55,342 nt of DNA from a virus (IMGVR_UViG_3300009149_000039:1-55342), one strand, 5' to 3'; shown: positions 10,531 through 21,793, counted from the stretch's first letter. The notes: generated from the letters alone by a model not told the origin. Made by a program: numbers and translations.

Positions 10531-11115
10531 TTGATTTCCGAAAAAAAGATTGATTCAAACAAAGAATATTTTTTAAAAATTAATAAAGAATATGAAGTCT
10601 TCACCGATGAATTATTAGAATTTCTTGGTGAAGATTTCTTTGTTGCTCCATTTTCACCATCATTAGATATGGCGGCGTGTTATCCGGGGGGGTTACTTGA
10701 TTTTCTAATGAAAATATGTAAATATGCCGTTAATGTTAGCGAAGTGTTCCCTGAAAATATTAGACCTGATAAAAAATCAATTGTTCGTACATCCTTTTTA
10801 TCACAAATAGGAAAAACATTCTTATTTGAATTCAACAAAGATAAATGGATGGCAGAAAAAAAAGGTAAAATATATCAATATCGTGATGATGAAATAGTTA
10901 TTATGGGGGTTTCAGAAAGGTCGGTATATTATGCACTAAGATACGGAGTAAAATTAAATGATGAAGAATATCAAACAATAATGAATTTAGATAAAGATTC
11001 ATCAGAAAAATTTATGAGGGGTTCTAAACCATTATATTACATAATAAAAGCAGGATTAGAAATAGCTTTACTAGAAGAAAAAAAGATAAGAGAAGATGAA
11101 AAAACAACAGGTTGA
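10531..11115 (+). CDS. HD-hydrolase-like protein with degenerate active site
   Basis: APFS...YPGGL and LSQIGK align with the APAS..H..YPGGL / LHDIGK pattern but the His/Asp residues are missing. Confidence 0.5.
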   Translation: MISEKKIDSNKEYFLKINKEYEVFTDELLEFLGEDFFVAPFSPSLDMAACYPGGLLDFLMKICKYAVNVSEVFPENIRPDKKSIVRTSFLSQIGKTFLFEFNKDKWMAEKKGKIYQYRDDEIVIMGVSERSVYYALRYGVKLNDEEYQTIMNLDKDSSEKFMRGSKPLYYIIKAGLEIALLEEKKIREDEKTTG

Positions 11116-11704
11116 AAATTATATAAAGAAATTAAAAGAATTAGATTCAAAAATTAACTTAGAAAACCCAGAGGGTGAAATGAGTGGTAATTTTATTAGT
11201 GAATTAGATTCTGTTTTAGGACAAATGACCACGGATCTTCAAGGTGAAATGGCCGCAAAAGTAAAAATAGTACCAGTTTTAAATGTTAATTTTAAAAAAC
11301 TTACCCCCCAAGCAGTTACTCCAACTTACGCAAAAGAAGGCGATGCTGGACTTGATTTAACCATCACATCGATTATATCTAACACTACTTTTCAAGTCAT
11401 ATATGGTACAGGTATTGCGATTGAAATACCTGAAGGACATGTTGGTTTAGTTTTTCCAAGAAGTTCAGTTCGTAATTATGATTTAATTTTAGCAAATTGT
11501 ATTGGTGTTATTGATAGTATATATAGAGGGGAAATAGAACTTACTTTTAATAAAAATACTGGTCTTGATTCTTATAAATACGATATCGGTGATCGTGGTG
11601 CTCAACTAATTATACTTCCTTATCCTAATATTAATTTAATTGAGAAAAAAGAATTAACAAAAACTGTAAGAAATACTGATGGTCATGGGTCCACAGGTAA
11701 TTAA
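11096..11704 (+). CDS. dut: dUTP diphosphatase (trimeric dUTPase) with N-terminal extension
   Basis: GDAGLDL, PRSS, GVIDSIYRGEI, RGAQL, R..GHGSTG motifs. Confidence 0.95.
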   Translation: MKKQQVENYIKKLKELDSKINLENPEGEMSGNFISELDSVLGQMTTDLQGEMAAKVKIVPVLNVNFKKLTPQAVTPTYAKEGDAGLDLTITSIISNTTFQVIYGTGIAIEIPEGHVGLVFPRSSVRNYDLILANCIGVIDSIYRGEIELTFNKNTGLDSYKYDIGDRGAQLIILPYPNINLIEKKELTKTVRNTDGHGSTGN

Positions 11705-11750
11705 CTTGATATTTATAGTAAGCCATAAACTATAAATAAAATATCAAATA

Positions 11751-12458
11751 TTGATAAGAACAAAACAAAAAAAAGAGGTAACACACACATCACCATCCAA
11801 AAAACGATTAAACGAAATCATTAAAAAACCCAAAACAAAATTTCTTACTAAATCCCAAAAAGAATATTATGATGTCTTAGAAGATAATCAAATAACATTA
11901 TGTTTTGGACCTGCTGGTGTTGGTAAATCATTTATCGCAATGAAAAAAGCGGTAGATTTATTAGTTGAAGAAGATAATAGGTTTGAAAAAATCATTATAG
12001 TTAGACCCGCAGTTGAAGCAGGAGAAAACTTAGGATCGTTGCCCGGTGACTTGGAGGAAAAACTTGACCCGTATATCTACCCGTCATATTATCTACTTAA
12101 TAAAATCATTGGGAAATCTAAAAGAGAAGCGTTAAAAGAAGAAGGGTTCATCGAAATAGCGGCACTTGCGTATATGAGAGGTTGGAATGTAGATAACACA
12201 ATTTTAATCTTTGAAGAAGCACAAAATGCGACACCATCTCAAATGAAACTTTTACTTACACGTATAGGGTTTAATTCAAAGTTTTTTATTTCAGGTGATT
12301 TAGAACAATCAGATAAGTTTAAAGATAAAACCAAATCAGGATTATTTGATGCTAAAGAAAAACTACAAAAAATAAAAGAAGTTGGTATCTATGAGTTTTA
12401 TAATAAAGACATTGTTAGAAACCCAATAATTTCAAAAATACTAGAAAAATACAATTAA
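11751..12458 (+). CDS. phoH: PhoH-family ATPase
   Basis: GPAGVGKS, RPAVEAGENLGSLPG, AYMRG, EEAQN, GDLEQSD, DIVRNP. Confidence 0.95.
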   Translation: MIRTKQKKEVTHTSPSKKRLNEIIKKPKTKFLTKSQKEYYDVLEDNQITLCFGPAGVGKSFIAMKKAVDLLVEEDNRFEKIIIVRPAVEAGENLGSLPGDLEEKLDPYIYPSYYLLNKIIGKSKREALKEEGFIEIAALAYMRGWNVDNTILIFEEAQNATPSQMKLLLTRIGFNSKFFISGDLEQSDKFKDKTKSGLFDAKEKLQKIKEVGIYEFYNKDIVRNPIISKILEKYN

Positions 12459-12495
12459 AGTTTACTTATAATATTAAAAATATTATATTTTAACT

Positions 12496-13200
12496 ATGAA
12501 TGTAAACATTAGTATTAATGGAGTCTTACGAAAAACAATAGAACGACTTGAATATCATTATATTGACTATTTTCTTGAGTCTGAAACAGAAGAAGACCTT
12601 GAAGATGATCATTTTGAATATGGGATAATAAATCGTCCAGTAAGAAGCGATAACATCTTAAATCATTTTATTTTTCAGTCAACAGAAGAATACGAACATT
12701 TTCTTTTTATTGAATTTCCCTTAGAAATTTTCGGTCACGCAAATGGAAGTTATTCGTCTGTTTTTAACGACTTACACAAATTAATTTACGATAATAAAAA
12801 TATAACATTTACTATCATTGGTTTAGACGAAAATGGTCGAGCAAAACCAGCAAGTCTTTTTTTCCTATCAAAAAATAATTTTTTAGGGAATAATATAAAA
12901 TTTATAACATCAAAAGAAATTCAAAAAGAATGGGATAATTGTGATCTTTGGATAACAGACAACGATAAGATAATAGAATCCTGCCCAAAGAATAAAAAGG
13001 TTATTAAATTTAATACAAATTATAATGAGCATATACCATGTGAAATTGAAATAAATAAACTATCAGAAATAGAAACAAAATGCAAGAAATGCTTGAAGTC
13101 CTCGGGAAAAAATATGTTATCGATCTTGACGAGATTGTTGAATCCTGCAAAACAGGGGATACAGTCGAAGATGATAATGGACATGAAACTTATGAAATAA
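12496..13200 (+). CDS. HAD-like 5'-nucleotidase-fold protein, degenerate
   Basis: N-terminal ISINGVLR (DxDGV-like), ending FNTNYNE...I. Confidence 0.5.
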   Translation: MNVNISINGVLRKTIERLEYHYIDYFLESETEEDLEDDHFEYGIINRPVRSDNILNHFIFQSTEEYEHFLFIEFPLEIFGHANGSYSSVFNDLHKLIYDNKNITFTIIGLDENGRAKPASLFFLSKNNFLGNNIKFITSKEIQKEWDNCDLWITDNDKIIESCPKNKKVIKFNTNYNEHIPCEIEINKLSEIETKCKKCLKSSGKNMLSILTRLLNPAKQGIQSKMIMDMKLMK

Positions 13201-13373
13201 ATATATTTAAATACGAATTGTTAAAAGTTTGTATTGAACGAGTGTTAAATGAATATGAACAACCTGATGAAAAATTAGGGGCATTAGCATCTGGTGATTT
13301 ATCCGTATCATTTAGAATAGCATTTAACACATTACTTAAACACGGAATAATAATTGACGAAGAAACATATTAA
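13080..13373 (+). CDS. Hypothetical protein
   Basis: 97-aa ORF with normal composition; overlaps 3' end of upstream ORF. Confidence 0.65.
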   Translation: MQEMLEVLGKKYVIDLDEIVESCKTGDTVEDDNGHETYEINIFKYELLKVCIERVLNEYEQPDEKLGALASGDLSVSFRIAFNTLLKHGIIIDEETY

Positions 13374-13381
13374 AATTAAAA

Positions 13382-14491
13382 ATGGATAACATTGAAACAT
13401 TAAAAATCTTAAAAGAAAAGATTGAAAACAAAGAAAGCTCAATTTATTTTTTGACCTACGACACAAAAAATAATGCAAGGGCAGCCGTAAAAAACATTTA
13501 TGACATGGCATTAGCGTTACACGAAAATGGTTATAAATCTAAAATATTAGTAGAAGAAAAAAAGACTTACACAGGTGTCGAATCTTGGTTAGGTGAAGTA
13601 TATAAAGATATACCTGTTTTTTGTGTAAAAGAAGATAAAGTTGAAATATTCGCAAATGACATTGTGGTTATTCCTGAGTATTACTCAAATGTTTTACCAC
13701 AACTAACAAATGTTAAAGGAATTAAGGTGATGTTAATACAACAAAAAGAATATATCTATGAAACATTATCTATTGGAAGTAAATGGAGGGATTTCGGAAT
13801 CGAAAAAGCGATTACAACAACAGAACCAACAAAAAAGTATATTAAGGAATATTTTCCCGAAACACTTATTTATTTAAACCCACCATATATTAGTGATAAC
13901 TTCCACCCAACTAAAAACCCACAAAAACCGATAATTGCTATTAGTTGTCGTGATAGAAACCAACAAAGAAAAGTGATATCTGAATTTTATCTAAAATATC
14001 CACAATTAAGATGGATTACATTTAAAGATATGGTTCAAATGAGTTATGATGACTTCGCGGAATCGTTAAAAGAATGTATGGTATCATTATGGATTGATGA
14101 TGAATCTACTCTTGGTACTTTCCCATTAGAATCTATGAAATGTGAAATACCCGTAATAGGTAAAATACCAAATAATATGCCTGATTGGATGGGTAAGAAC
14201 GGTATGTGGACAGATGACACTAATAAATTAGTGGAAATGTTAGCTACATTTGTTTTTTCATGGTTAGAAGGGGTTGAGGTAGTTGATGAAGTAAAAGAAA
14301 AAATGAGAGAAACAGTATTACCTTATACAAAAGAATTGCATACACAAAACACATTAGCAATATTTAATTCACTTTTTAATGGTAGAATTGAAGCAATAAA
14401 AAATTTAATAGAACTTAATGAAGCGAAAAAAGCATCAGATGAGGTTGAAGATATTAAAATTGAAGAAAAACCAAAAACAAAAGAAAAATAA
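13382..14491 (+). CDS. Glycosyltransferase (GT-B-like)
   Basis: DIVVIPE and ESTLGTFPLESMKCEIPVIG GT4-type motif. Confidence 0.75.
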   Translation: MDNIETLKILKEKIENKESSIYFLTYDTKNNARAAVKNIYDMALALHENGYKSKILVEEKKTYTGVESWLGEVYKDIPVFCVKEDKVEIFANDIVVIPEYYSNVLPQLTNVKGIKVMLIQQKEYIYETLSIGSKWRDFGIEKAITTTEPTKKYIKEYFPETLIYLNPPYISDNFHPTKNPQKPIIAISCRDRNQQRKVISEFYLKYPQLRWITFKDMVQMSYDDFAESLKECMVSLWIDDESTLGTFPLESMKCEIPVIGKIPNNMPDWMGKNGMWTDDTNKLVEMLATFVFSWLEGVEVVDEVKEKMRETVLPYTKELHTQNTLAIFNSLFNGRIEAIKNLIELNEAKKASDEVEDIKIEEKPKTKEK

Positions 14492-15276
14492 TGAAAAAAA
14501 TAACTATTTTATTACCAATTTATAAATTGGACGAAGATGAAACTAAAATGTTAGCAAATGCGTTAACATCGATAGAAGATTTTCACAATGACACTAAATT
14601 ATCAATTATTTGTCCTCCAGAAATTAAAACTCGTTTTGACGATTATGATTTTGGACAAAAACTTGAAGTGAAAATCTTAGAAAATACAGGTTCTACCGAT
14701 TTTGTTACACAAATCAACTTAGGTATCGATAATTGTGATACAGAATGGTTTTCAATAATGGAAATTGACGACACATACAAAAAAGTTTGGTTAAAATCTA
14801 TGAACGAGTATATTAACGAATTTAAAGACGTGGATGTCTTCTTACCTGTGGTGAGAGATATTAACGACCAAGGGGTATTCACTTCTTTTACAAATGAATC
14901 CGCCTGGGCGTACGGATTTACCGAAAAACAGGGATTTATTGACAACGAAGTGTTATTAGAATACCAAAACTACCAAACTAGCGGAGGATTGTATAAAACA
15001 GCTAAAGTTATTGAGGTTGGAAAACTAAAAGATAACATAGAATTAACATTTACTTATGAATTTCTATTACGATTAACCCATTTCGGGACTAAAATAATGA
15101 TTGTACCAAAAATTGGGTATGAACATGTTAATTTTAGGGAAAATTCACTATTTTGGTTATATAAAAACGGTGAAAAAACCAGTTTAACTGAAGATGATGT
15201 TAAATTTTGGTTAGAAACAGCAAAAACAGAACATTTTTTTAAAAATAAACGTGATATTACGTATGTAAAGGAATAA
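14491..15276 (+). CDS. Glycosyltransferase family 2
   Basis: ITILLPIY, NLGIDNCDTEWFSIMEIDD, YEFLLRL. Confidence 0.8.
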   Translation: MKKITILLPIYKLDEDETKMLANALTSIEDFHNDTKLSIICPPEIKTRFDDYDFGQKLEVKILENTGSTDFVTQINLGIDNCDTEWFSIMEIDDTYKKVWLKSMNEYINEFKDVDVFLPVVRDINDQGVFTSFTNESAWAYGFTEKQGFIDNEVLLEYQNYQTSGGLYKTAKVIEVGKLKDNIELTFTYEFLLRLTHFGTKIMIVPKIGYEHVNFRENSLFWLYKNGEKTSLTEDDVKFWLETAKTEHFFKNKRDITYVKE

Positions 15277-15978
15277 ATGCCGAGAAAGAGAACCCAAAAA
15301 CTATATTTTGGGGAAGCTCAAGAACAAGCGGTAATACGATTCTTAGAATCCGAATCCGAAACAGAAAGAAACAAGATATTCGAAGAATATTTAAAAGAGC
15401 CCCTGATTATAATGGTAGAATCGATAATTCGCCGTTATAAACTTTACCGAAAAGGATTTACATTTGATGATCAACACGCAGATACGATGTCTTTTTTACT
15501 AACAAAGACATCAAAATTTGATCCGTCTAAGAACACTAAAGCATATTCATATTTTGGGACGATATGCAAAAATTATTTAATGGGCTCAATACAGAAAGAC
15601 CAAAAAGAAACAAACAGGTCTGTATCATACGAAGACATATCGTCCCAATTAGAAAATGACCCAGAATTAACATATTTTATGGACGACCCAGCAGTCGATT
15701 ATAAAATTGTAATTGCTAAAATTTCCATTAAATTGGAAGATTTTATGTTAACTAACGAGTTAAATGATAATGAAATAAAATTAGGGTATGCTTTATTAGA
15801 AATTTTTGATAATTTCGAAGACATATTCCAAATTGGACAAGGAAACAAGTTTAATAAAAATTTAATTTTATTATCATTAAGAGAAATGACATCATTAAGT
15901 ACCAAAGAAATTAGATCTGCAATGAAAAAATACCTTAAAATCTATACCGACACCCTTTTTGATACCTTAAATACATAA
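15277..15978 (+). CDS. Phage sigma factor, T4 gp55-like late sigma
   Basis: KFDPSKNTKAYSYFGTICKNYL resembles sigma region 2 of gp55-type proteins. Confidence 0.65.
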   Translation: MPRKRTQKLYFGEAQEQAVIRFLESESETERNKIFEEYLKEPLIIMVESIIRRYKLYRKGFTFDDQHADTMSFLLTKTSKFDPSKNTKAYSYFGTICKNYLMGSIQKDQKETNRSVSYEDISSQLENDPELTYFMDDPAVDYKIVIAKISIKLEDFMLTNELNDNEIKLGYALLEIFDNFEDIFQIGQGNKFNKNLILLSLREMTSLSTKEIRSAMKKYLKIYTDTLFDTLNT

Positions 15979-15994
15979 TTTAGTATTTATAGTT

Positions 15995-16375
15995 ATGGGA
16001 AAAAGAAAAAACATAATATCATTAGATGTCGACTCAGCATTAGCGGTAATGCAAGAAATATATAACGACATTGTTGAACAAAAGAACATAGCGTCTACCA
16101 TAACAAGAAAAATGTTATCATTTATGAAGGAATCAGAAGACATGAGTGTCATCGGTCCTGTTATTAAAGACCAACAAAAAATCTTAAACGATTGTACTGA
16201 AAAAAAAATATCACTTGTTAAATTACAAAGTGTGTTATTAAAACAATCTACCGGAGGTGGAAAAGAAGGTTTCCAAAAAATCACATTAACAGATGAGGAT
16301 AAGGAAATATTAGCGAAACTTGTAGGTGAAACAAATAAAACTACACCAGATAAAGGAACATATTCAGTAGAGTAA
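15995..16375 (+). CDS. Hypothetical protein
   Basis: 126-aa ORF after TATTTATA motif. Confidence 0.7.
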   Translation: MGKRKNIISLDVDSALAVMQEIYNDIVEQKNIASTITRKMLSFMKESEDMSVIGPVIKDQQKILNDCTEKKISLVKLQSVLLKQSTGGGKEGFQKITLTDEDKEILAKLVGETNKTTPDKGTYSVE

Positions 16376-18261
16376 TGGGAAAATCAAAAGCCAAACAAAC
16401 GCAAAGTAAGGTAAAATCAAAAATAGAGGCTATCAAAAAGATAAATGATAGTCCAACTCAAACTATTGGCGATACTTTTGATATTTTTAAAACAAAAACA
16501 TCATTAGAAAATGGTGCTATTGCGAGAAAGGTTGATGATTATAAAGATAAGATAAAAGCGAAAAAAACTGAAGTAACCAATGTCCTATCAAGTCTTTTAG
16601 ATACTGTTGAAGGGTTCTTAGGAACTGATGAAAATAGTAATGATAGCCCACTTGTGCAAAAAAAACTTGTACGATATGCTAAAGATTCGGCAAGTGATAC
16701 ACTAAAATCAGCAAAACAAATTCTGATGGATGCTGTACAAAATAAATTATTTGCGGGGGATAATGTTTGTGGGGTAAATAATGAAATGCCAGAAGATTTA
16801 ATAGAAATATCACCAAAAGAATTTGATTTCTTTGATATGTTAAAAATCGCTCCTGATACAACAATGGGTTCAATTATGTATGAAACAGATGTTGATACTG
16901 GATTTATTAAAATGAATAAAGAATTTTATAATACTTTTGATAATGGAACATATTCTTTTACTAAAAATGATGGTGATGAACTTTTTAATCTATCTTGGGA
17001 TGATACTCTTCAAAAATATTATATTACTGGGTTAACTCAAACAACTGGGGTAACCGTAGCGAATTTTATTAGGGAATATTATAGTACAATTGAACAAGTA
17101 GATATTGATACTACATTAAAACAAGCAATGTCTATGACAATACAAGGTGATGGAACAGAATCCGAAACTTACATTATACGAATGGATTGGTTAAATCGAC
17201 TATTAGATAAGGTATTTTCAATTTGCGGTCAAAAACAAACGGATGAAAATTTAAACCAAAATGATGTTAACTTAATTGGTGAAGAAGAAATAGACCTTGA
17301 TTGGTATTTTAATTTTGATGATGTAGAAGGTATAGATATAGATGATGAAGATGCTAGAAGAAGGGGTGTGTTAAAATTTGAAAGTTGTGATAATTTCGAA
17401 ACACCTATTGATAAATCACATATTGAAGATTTTGTTTATTTCATAAATAAAGAAGCTGTGACTAATAGTGAAGATATGGTATCGTCAACACTTAATTCAA
17501 TCGCAACAGAAGCCGCGGATGATTCTGATGATAAATTTTCAGTTAACGATTTGGAAATATCATTAAATTTTAAATATATCTTAAATACCGCTAAGGCATT
17601 AGTTGCTGGTGTCATATCCCCGAAATTAATGTTTCCGATAGTTGTATCATATAAATCACTAAAGGGATTGGAATTATCTGCGGATGAAATATTAAAACAA
17701 CTTAAAAATCTGTTTTTTGAAGTAATAAAAAATATATTTTGGAAATTCTTACAGGGTATATGGGACTTTATAAAACGAGATTTACTTAAATTCTTACAAG
17801 ATACAGCAATTACAATATTAACGAATAAATTAAAAAGATATAAATCAATACTATCAGCATTAATATCATTATTAGAACAAGTATTAAATACTGATTTACA
17901 GAGTTGTGAGGAAATTTTTGAAGCGATTTTATCGGTTATTGAGGGTGCGTTGTCATCAAAAACGAATTTACCGATACCTTCGGTATTACTATCGTTTTCT
18001 GACCAATTAGCTGGATATAGCACAGATAGAGCATATATGAATGTTGTAGAAAAATTATCCGCTGCTGGGGTTGATATGGAGCCAATATATGGTGTTGAAA
18101 ATAAAACACATTCACTTGTTAAGAGTGTTATTGATGGTAATTCGGAAGAAATTGACGATAATTCATATGTGAAAATTGCGTTAAAACAAACAATTATACC
18201 ATCAGGACCAGGTGGGGCAGTAATTACCCCATTAGTATCTGGCGTAGGAAAATTATTTTAA
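16375..18261 (+). CDS. Hypothetical large protein (probable virion/baseplate)
   Basis: 628-aa ORF in late operon. Confidence 0.7.
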   Translation: MGKSKAKQTQSKVKSKIEAIKKINDSPTQTIGDTFDIFKTKTSLENGAIARKVDDYKDKIKAKKTEVTNVLSSLLDTVEGFLGTDENSNDSPLVQKKLVRYAKDSASDTLKSAKQILMDAVQNKLFAGDNVCGVNNEMPEDLIEISPKEFDFFDMLKIAPDTTMGSIMYETDVDTGFIKMNKEFYNTFDNGTYSFTKNDGDELFNLSWDDTLQKYYITGLTQTTGVTVANFIREYYSTIEQVDIDTTLKQAMSMTIQGDGTESETYIIRMDWLNRLLDKVFSICGQKQTDENLNQNDVNLIGEEEIDLDWYFNFDDVEGIDIDDEDARRRGVLKFESCDNFETPIDKSHIEDFVYFINKEAVTNSEDMVSSTLNSIATEAADDSDDKFSVNDLEISLNFKYILNTAKALVAGVISPKLMFPIVVSYKSLKGLELSADEILKQLKNLFFEVIKNIFWKFLQGIWDFIKRDLLKFLQDTAITILTNKLKRYKSILSALISLLEQVLNTDLQSCEEIFEAILSVIEGALSSKTNLPIPSVLLSFSDQLAGYSTDRAYMNVVEKLSAAGVDMEPIYGVENKTHSLVKSVIDGNSEEIDDNSYVKIALKQTIIPSGPGGAVITPLVSGVGKLF

Positions 18262-18262
18262 T

Positions 18263-18460
18263 ATGGACAAAGATAAAATTATAGAAATTGCAAAAGATGT
18301 GAAAAACAAATCAAATAAAGATTTACTTGAAGCACAAAAAACACTTTTAGATGAATTCAACCACACAAAAGACCTTGTTGTTAATTTAACAAGACATATA
18401 GAAGTGATAGAAGAATATTATAACATAATTAATAAAGAAATCGGAAATAGGGTAAAATAA
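18263..18460 (+). CDS. Hypothetical small coiled-coil protein
   Basis: 65-aa ORF coupled to both neighbours. Confidence 0.65.
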   Translation: MDKDKIIEIAKDVKNKSNKDLLEAQKTLLDEFNHTKDLVVNLTRHIEVIEEYYNIINKEIGNRVK

Positions 18461-19965
18461 TGAGAATAATTGATGTTGGTATATGTTTAAATAATAACGA
18501 CCCACAAGGTATCGGAAGAATTCGTTATAGACCATTTGGTGTGTTTAATAGTGCCTTAGAAAAATCGTTAGAATATCAGGATTGGGACGAGAATGACCAA
18601 TTTATAGCGACACCATTTTTACCATCACATATAAACATTATTCCACAATCAAGACAAGCGGTAAAGATAATTAAATACGATACCGATAAAGATACACAAA
18701 ATGTGGAATATATTGTCGGTCCATTTACCACACCACACGACTTTGGAAGTGAAACATTTACCACACAACATAAAAATACTACATATGGTGGTGTTATAAC
18801 TAAAAAATTACCCGCAGTTCGAGATAGCGTAACCGGTAATTATATCGATAAAAGGTCCAATGGTTCATTACCAAAATTAACAGATAATGGAATATCAGGA
18901 AATTATGGGGCGGATGTGATTTTTACCGAAAATGGGGTAATGATTAGGGGTGGTAAACTTATAAGTAAAGATAATCAAGTAATTAAAACAAGACAAAAGT
19001 TACAAGAAATACCATTACTTTCAGATAAAGTAGCAAAAATTAATTTAAAAAAATACCCTAAAAAACTAGAAGCGGTTATTGAAACAAGTGAAACCGAAGT
19101 AACTACTGTTGGTAAAATCAACTACATTATAGAATATGAATTAGATAGTTTATCAAACCCTACAATGGTAATATTCTATGTGTATAAAGTAATATCATCA
19201 TACGGACAAAAATTCGATACCGATACTTTTGATGAAACAACACCAATATATGAATCAGAAGTTAAACTAATAAATATCGATAACACAACAACAACACCTA
19301 CTATAACTATAACAGGAGCAACAATAAACGCTTTATATTCCGAAACAAGAGGATTTTTAACTACAATCCAAAAGGATACCTTATATAAAATTAACCCAAA
19401 ATATACAAAAGAAAATATACATCCACTATATTTTAGACCTACAAGTGAGTTTAGACTATTAAAACCCACAAATGATACTGAAAAAAATACTAAAGCAAAC
19501 TATTTTAACGAAGTTAAATTACATAAAGCAGGTCCACGTAAGGGGATATATTTTGAAATGAATAGTAAAGAACCACCTATAAAATTAAAACCAATAAGTG
19601 TGACGAAATTAAAGGTTGTAAATCAAAATGAAGAACAAACATTCGCAAGTACAACCGCAGATAAAATATATTTAATTTCTACCGACACAAATAAAGGAGA
19701 TAAGGCAAATATAGATTTCACGAAATTGGATAAATATGAATATACAAGAGAGGATTTTTTATCACTTATCGAACCACACACTTACGCACTTGTAAGGGGT
19801 GAGGCCCTAATAAAATTAATAAATTTAATGTATAAATTTTTAACAGAACATAAACATAATTTAAATGATATGCCCCTTCATAAACCTGAGGTAGTCGCAG
19901 AACTTGAAAATGTGATTAATACAATGGAAACATCATTAATTAATCAACAAATTCGAACTAACTAA
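18460..19965 (+). CDS. Baseplate hub/spike protein, gp5/VgrG OB-fold-like N-terminus
   Basis: N-terminal NNDPQGIGRIRYR...PFLP...IIPQ..V pattern; C-terminal H.H motif. Confidence 0.55.
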   Translation: MRIIDVGICLNNNDPQGIGRIRYRPFGVFNSALEKSLEYQDWDENDQFIATPFLPSHINIIPQSRQAVKIIKYDTDKDTQNVEYIVGPFTTPHDFGSETFTTQHKNTTYGGVITKKLPAVRDSVTGNYIDKRSNGSLPKLTDNGISGNYGADVIFTENGVMIRGGKLISKDNQVIKTRQKLQEIPLLSDKVAKINLKKYPKKLEAVIETSETEVTTVGKINYIIEYELDSLSNPTMVIFYVYKVISSYGQKFDTDTFDETTPIYESEVKLINIDNTTTTPTITITGATINALYSETRGFLTTIQKDTLYKINPKYTKENIHPLYFRPTSEFRLLKPTNDTEKNTKANYFNEVKLHKAGPRKGIYFEMNSKEPPIKLKPISVTKLKVVNQNEEQTFASTTADKIYLISTDTNKGDKANIDFTKLDKYEYTREDFLSLIEPHTYALVRGEALIKLINLMYKFLTEHKHNLNDMPLHKPEVVAELENVINTMETSLINQQIRTN

Positions 19966-19984
19966 TATTTATAAATAAAAAGAA

Positions 19985-21379
19985 ATGTCATACTATCGAT
20001 CATACTTCAGTAAAAATAATACTATCCTATCAACTGGTGATGAGGGGTTATTAACTAACACCGCAAAAAACCCAAATACGGAAATATATTATGGGTCAGG
20101 TAAATCTAGATATATATTCCATGTAGACTTGGATGATCTTAAATCTAAAATAGATAACGGGGATTATGTTCTTGATGAAAACACGGAACATACATTACAT
20201 ATCACAAACACCATTTTTGGTGATGAAATATTTTTAGGTGCAAATAATGGAAAAGGTCGTGATAGAGCAACATCATTTGATTTAATATTATTTAAAATTG
20301 ATGAGTATTGGGATGAAGGTGTTGGATTTGACTATGAATACACATATGACGCAACACTAGGTAATAAAACATATGATGAAAGACCTTCGAACTGGGTTTA
20401 TAGAACAACATTAGATGAGTGGTCACAACCTGGCACATATGTTATAACACCCGACACAACACTTGCAACTATACATTTTGATAATGGCGATGAAAACATA
20501 AGCGTATCAACAACAGGGTTAACAGAATATATTAATTCTATTATTACGGGTGAAACAACAAACTATGGATTAGGATTAGCGTTTGAACCCGGATATATAG
20601 ATATTGATAGTGTTGTTGATCAGTCCGTAGCTTTTTTTACAAAGTATACACAAACATTTTATGAACCATTTCTTGAAACAACATTTGATGATATTATCGA
20701 AGATGATAGACAAACATTTTATGCCGAACAAACCAACACATTATATTTGTATGTAACAAAAGGAACTAATTTTTATGACTTAGATAATTTACCAACAGTT
20801 GACATTTTAGATAGTTCTAATACAGAAATTACTGGATTAACGGGATTAACAACAACAAAAGTTAGAAAAGGAATCTATAAAGTAGATTTTGGAATTAGTG
20901 GCGAAATTTGTTATAACGAAAGATTTTTCTACGATAAGTGGAAAGATTTAATGATTGATGGGGTTGTAATAGATGATGTTACTCAAAAATTTGTTCCCGC
21001 AGATTATACAAAAGGAATCACAATAGGAGATAACCCAACAGAATTAGATAGATATTCAATACAATTTTTTGGTGTTCGTATGAATGAGCAAATAAAAAGA
21101 GGTAGTGTTAGAAAAATTATTGTTAATTTTAGATCGATAAATGGACTTGGAGCAATTTTATTTGATGAGGTTTATTATCGAGTATATGTAAGAGAAGGAA
21201 AAACACAAGTTAATGTTTTTGATTGGACAAAATTAGACAAGACTAACGAAAATTCATTTCTATTAGACACAAATTATTTAATACCTCGAGAATACTATAT
21301 AGAAATAAAAGCTAAAACACATACTGAAGAAATATTCTATAAAGAATCGATGAAATTTGAAATCGTTTCAGAAAGGTAA
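19985..21379 (+). CDS. Structural (baseplate/tail-associated) protein
   Basis: Beta-rich acidic 464-aa ORF with WDEGVG and FFTKYTQTFYEP.LE motifs; TATTTATA upstream. Confidence 0.55.
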   Translation: MSYYRSYFSKNNTILSTGDEGLLTNTAKNPNTEIYYGSGKSRYIFHVDLDDLKSKIDNGDYVLDENTEHTLHITNTIFGDEIFLGANNGKGRDRATSFDLILFKIDEYWDEGVGFDYEYTYDATLGNKTYDERPSNWVYRTTLDEWSQPGTYVITPDTTLATIHFDNGDENISVSTTGLTEYINSIITGETTNYGLGLAFEPGYIDIDSVVDQSVAFFTKYTQTFYEPFLETTFDDIIEDDRQTFYAEQTNTLYLYVTKGTNFYDLDNLPTVDILDSSNTEITGLTGLTTTKVRKGIYKVDFGISGEICYNERFFYDKWKDLMIDGVVIDDVTQKFVPADYTKGITIGDNPTELDRYSIQFFGVRMNEQIKRGSVRKIIVNFRSINGLGAILFDEVYYRVYVREGKTQVNVFDWTKLDKTNENSFLLDTNYLIPREYYIEIKAKTHTEEIFYKESMKFEIVSER

Positions 21380-21381
21380 TT

Positions 21382-21777
21382 ATGAAAAAAATAATATTAT
21401 TTTTAACTGTTATATTTTCCTTATTTTCTTGTCAAAAAGAACCTACGGAATTTAGGGATTTATATATCACATATGAATTAACCGACACATTAGGTAATCA
21501 AGTCGAGATTGATAGTTCCGCTGCGAGTATGAGCTATAACGTACATATTAACAAACTTACAGACGAACATATAGTAAACCCGATAGACGATAGTTTTCAT
21601 CATTTAACAGAAAACCCCAAAGAAATTTATTTAGGGTCATATGGGTATGGTGATAAGGTAAAGGTTTATTACACATTAAATGACACAAATTTAATTCTTA
21701 ATTTATATGTTAAATGGGGAACTGAAGATATTTATGTATTAAAAAGTAATCATTTTTTTGAATTTTTACTAAACTAA
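21382..21777 (+). CDS. Lipoprotein
   Basis: Signal peptide with lipobox MKKIILFLTVIFSLFS-C. Confidence 0.75.
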   Translation: MKKIILFLTVIFSLFSCQKEPTEFRDLYITYELTDTLGNQVEIDSSAASMSYNVHINKLTDEHIVNPIDDSFHHLTENPKEIYLGSYGYGDKVKVYYTLNDTNLILNLYVKWGTEDIYVLKSNHFFEFLLN

Positions 21778-21793
21778 TACAAAAATATAAATT

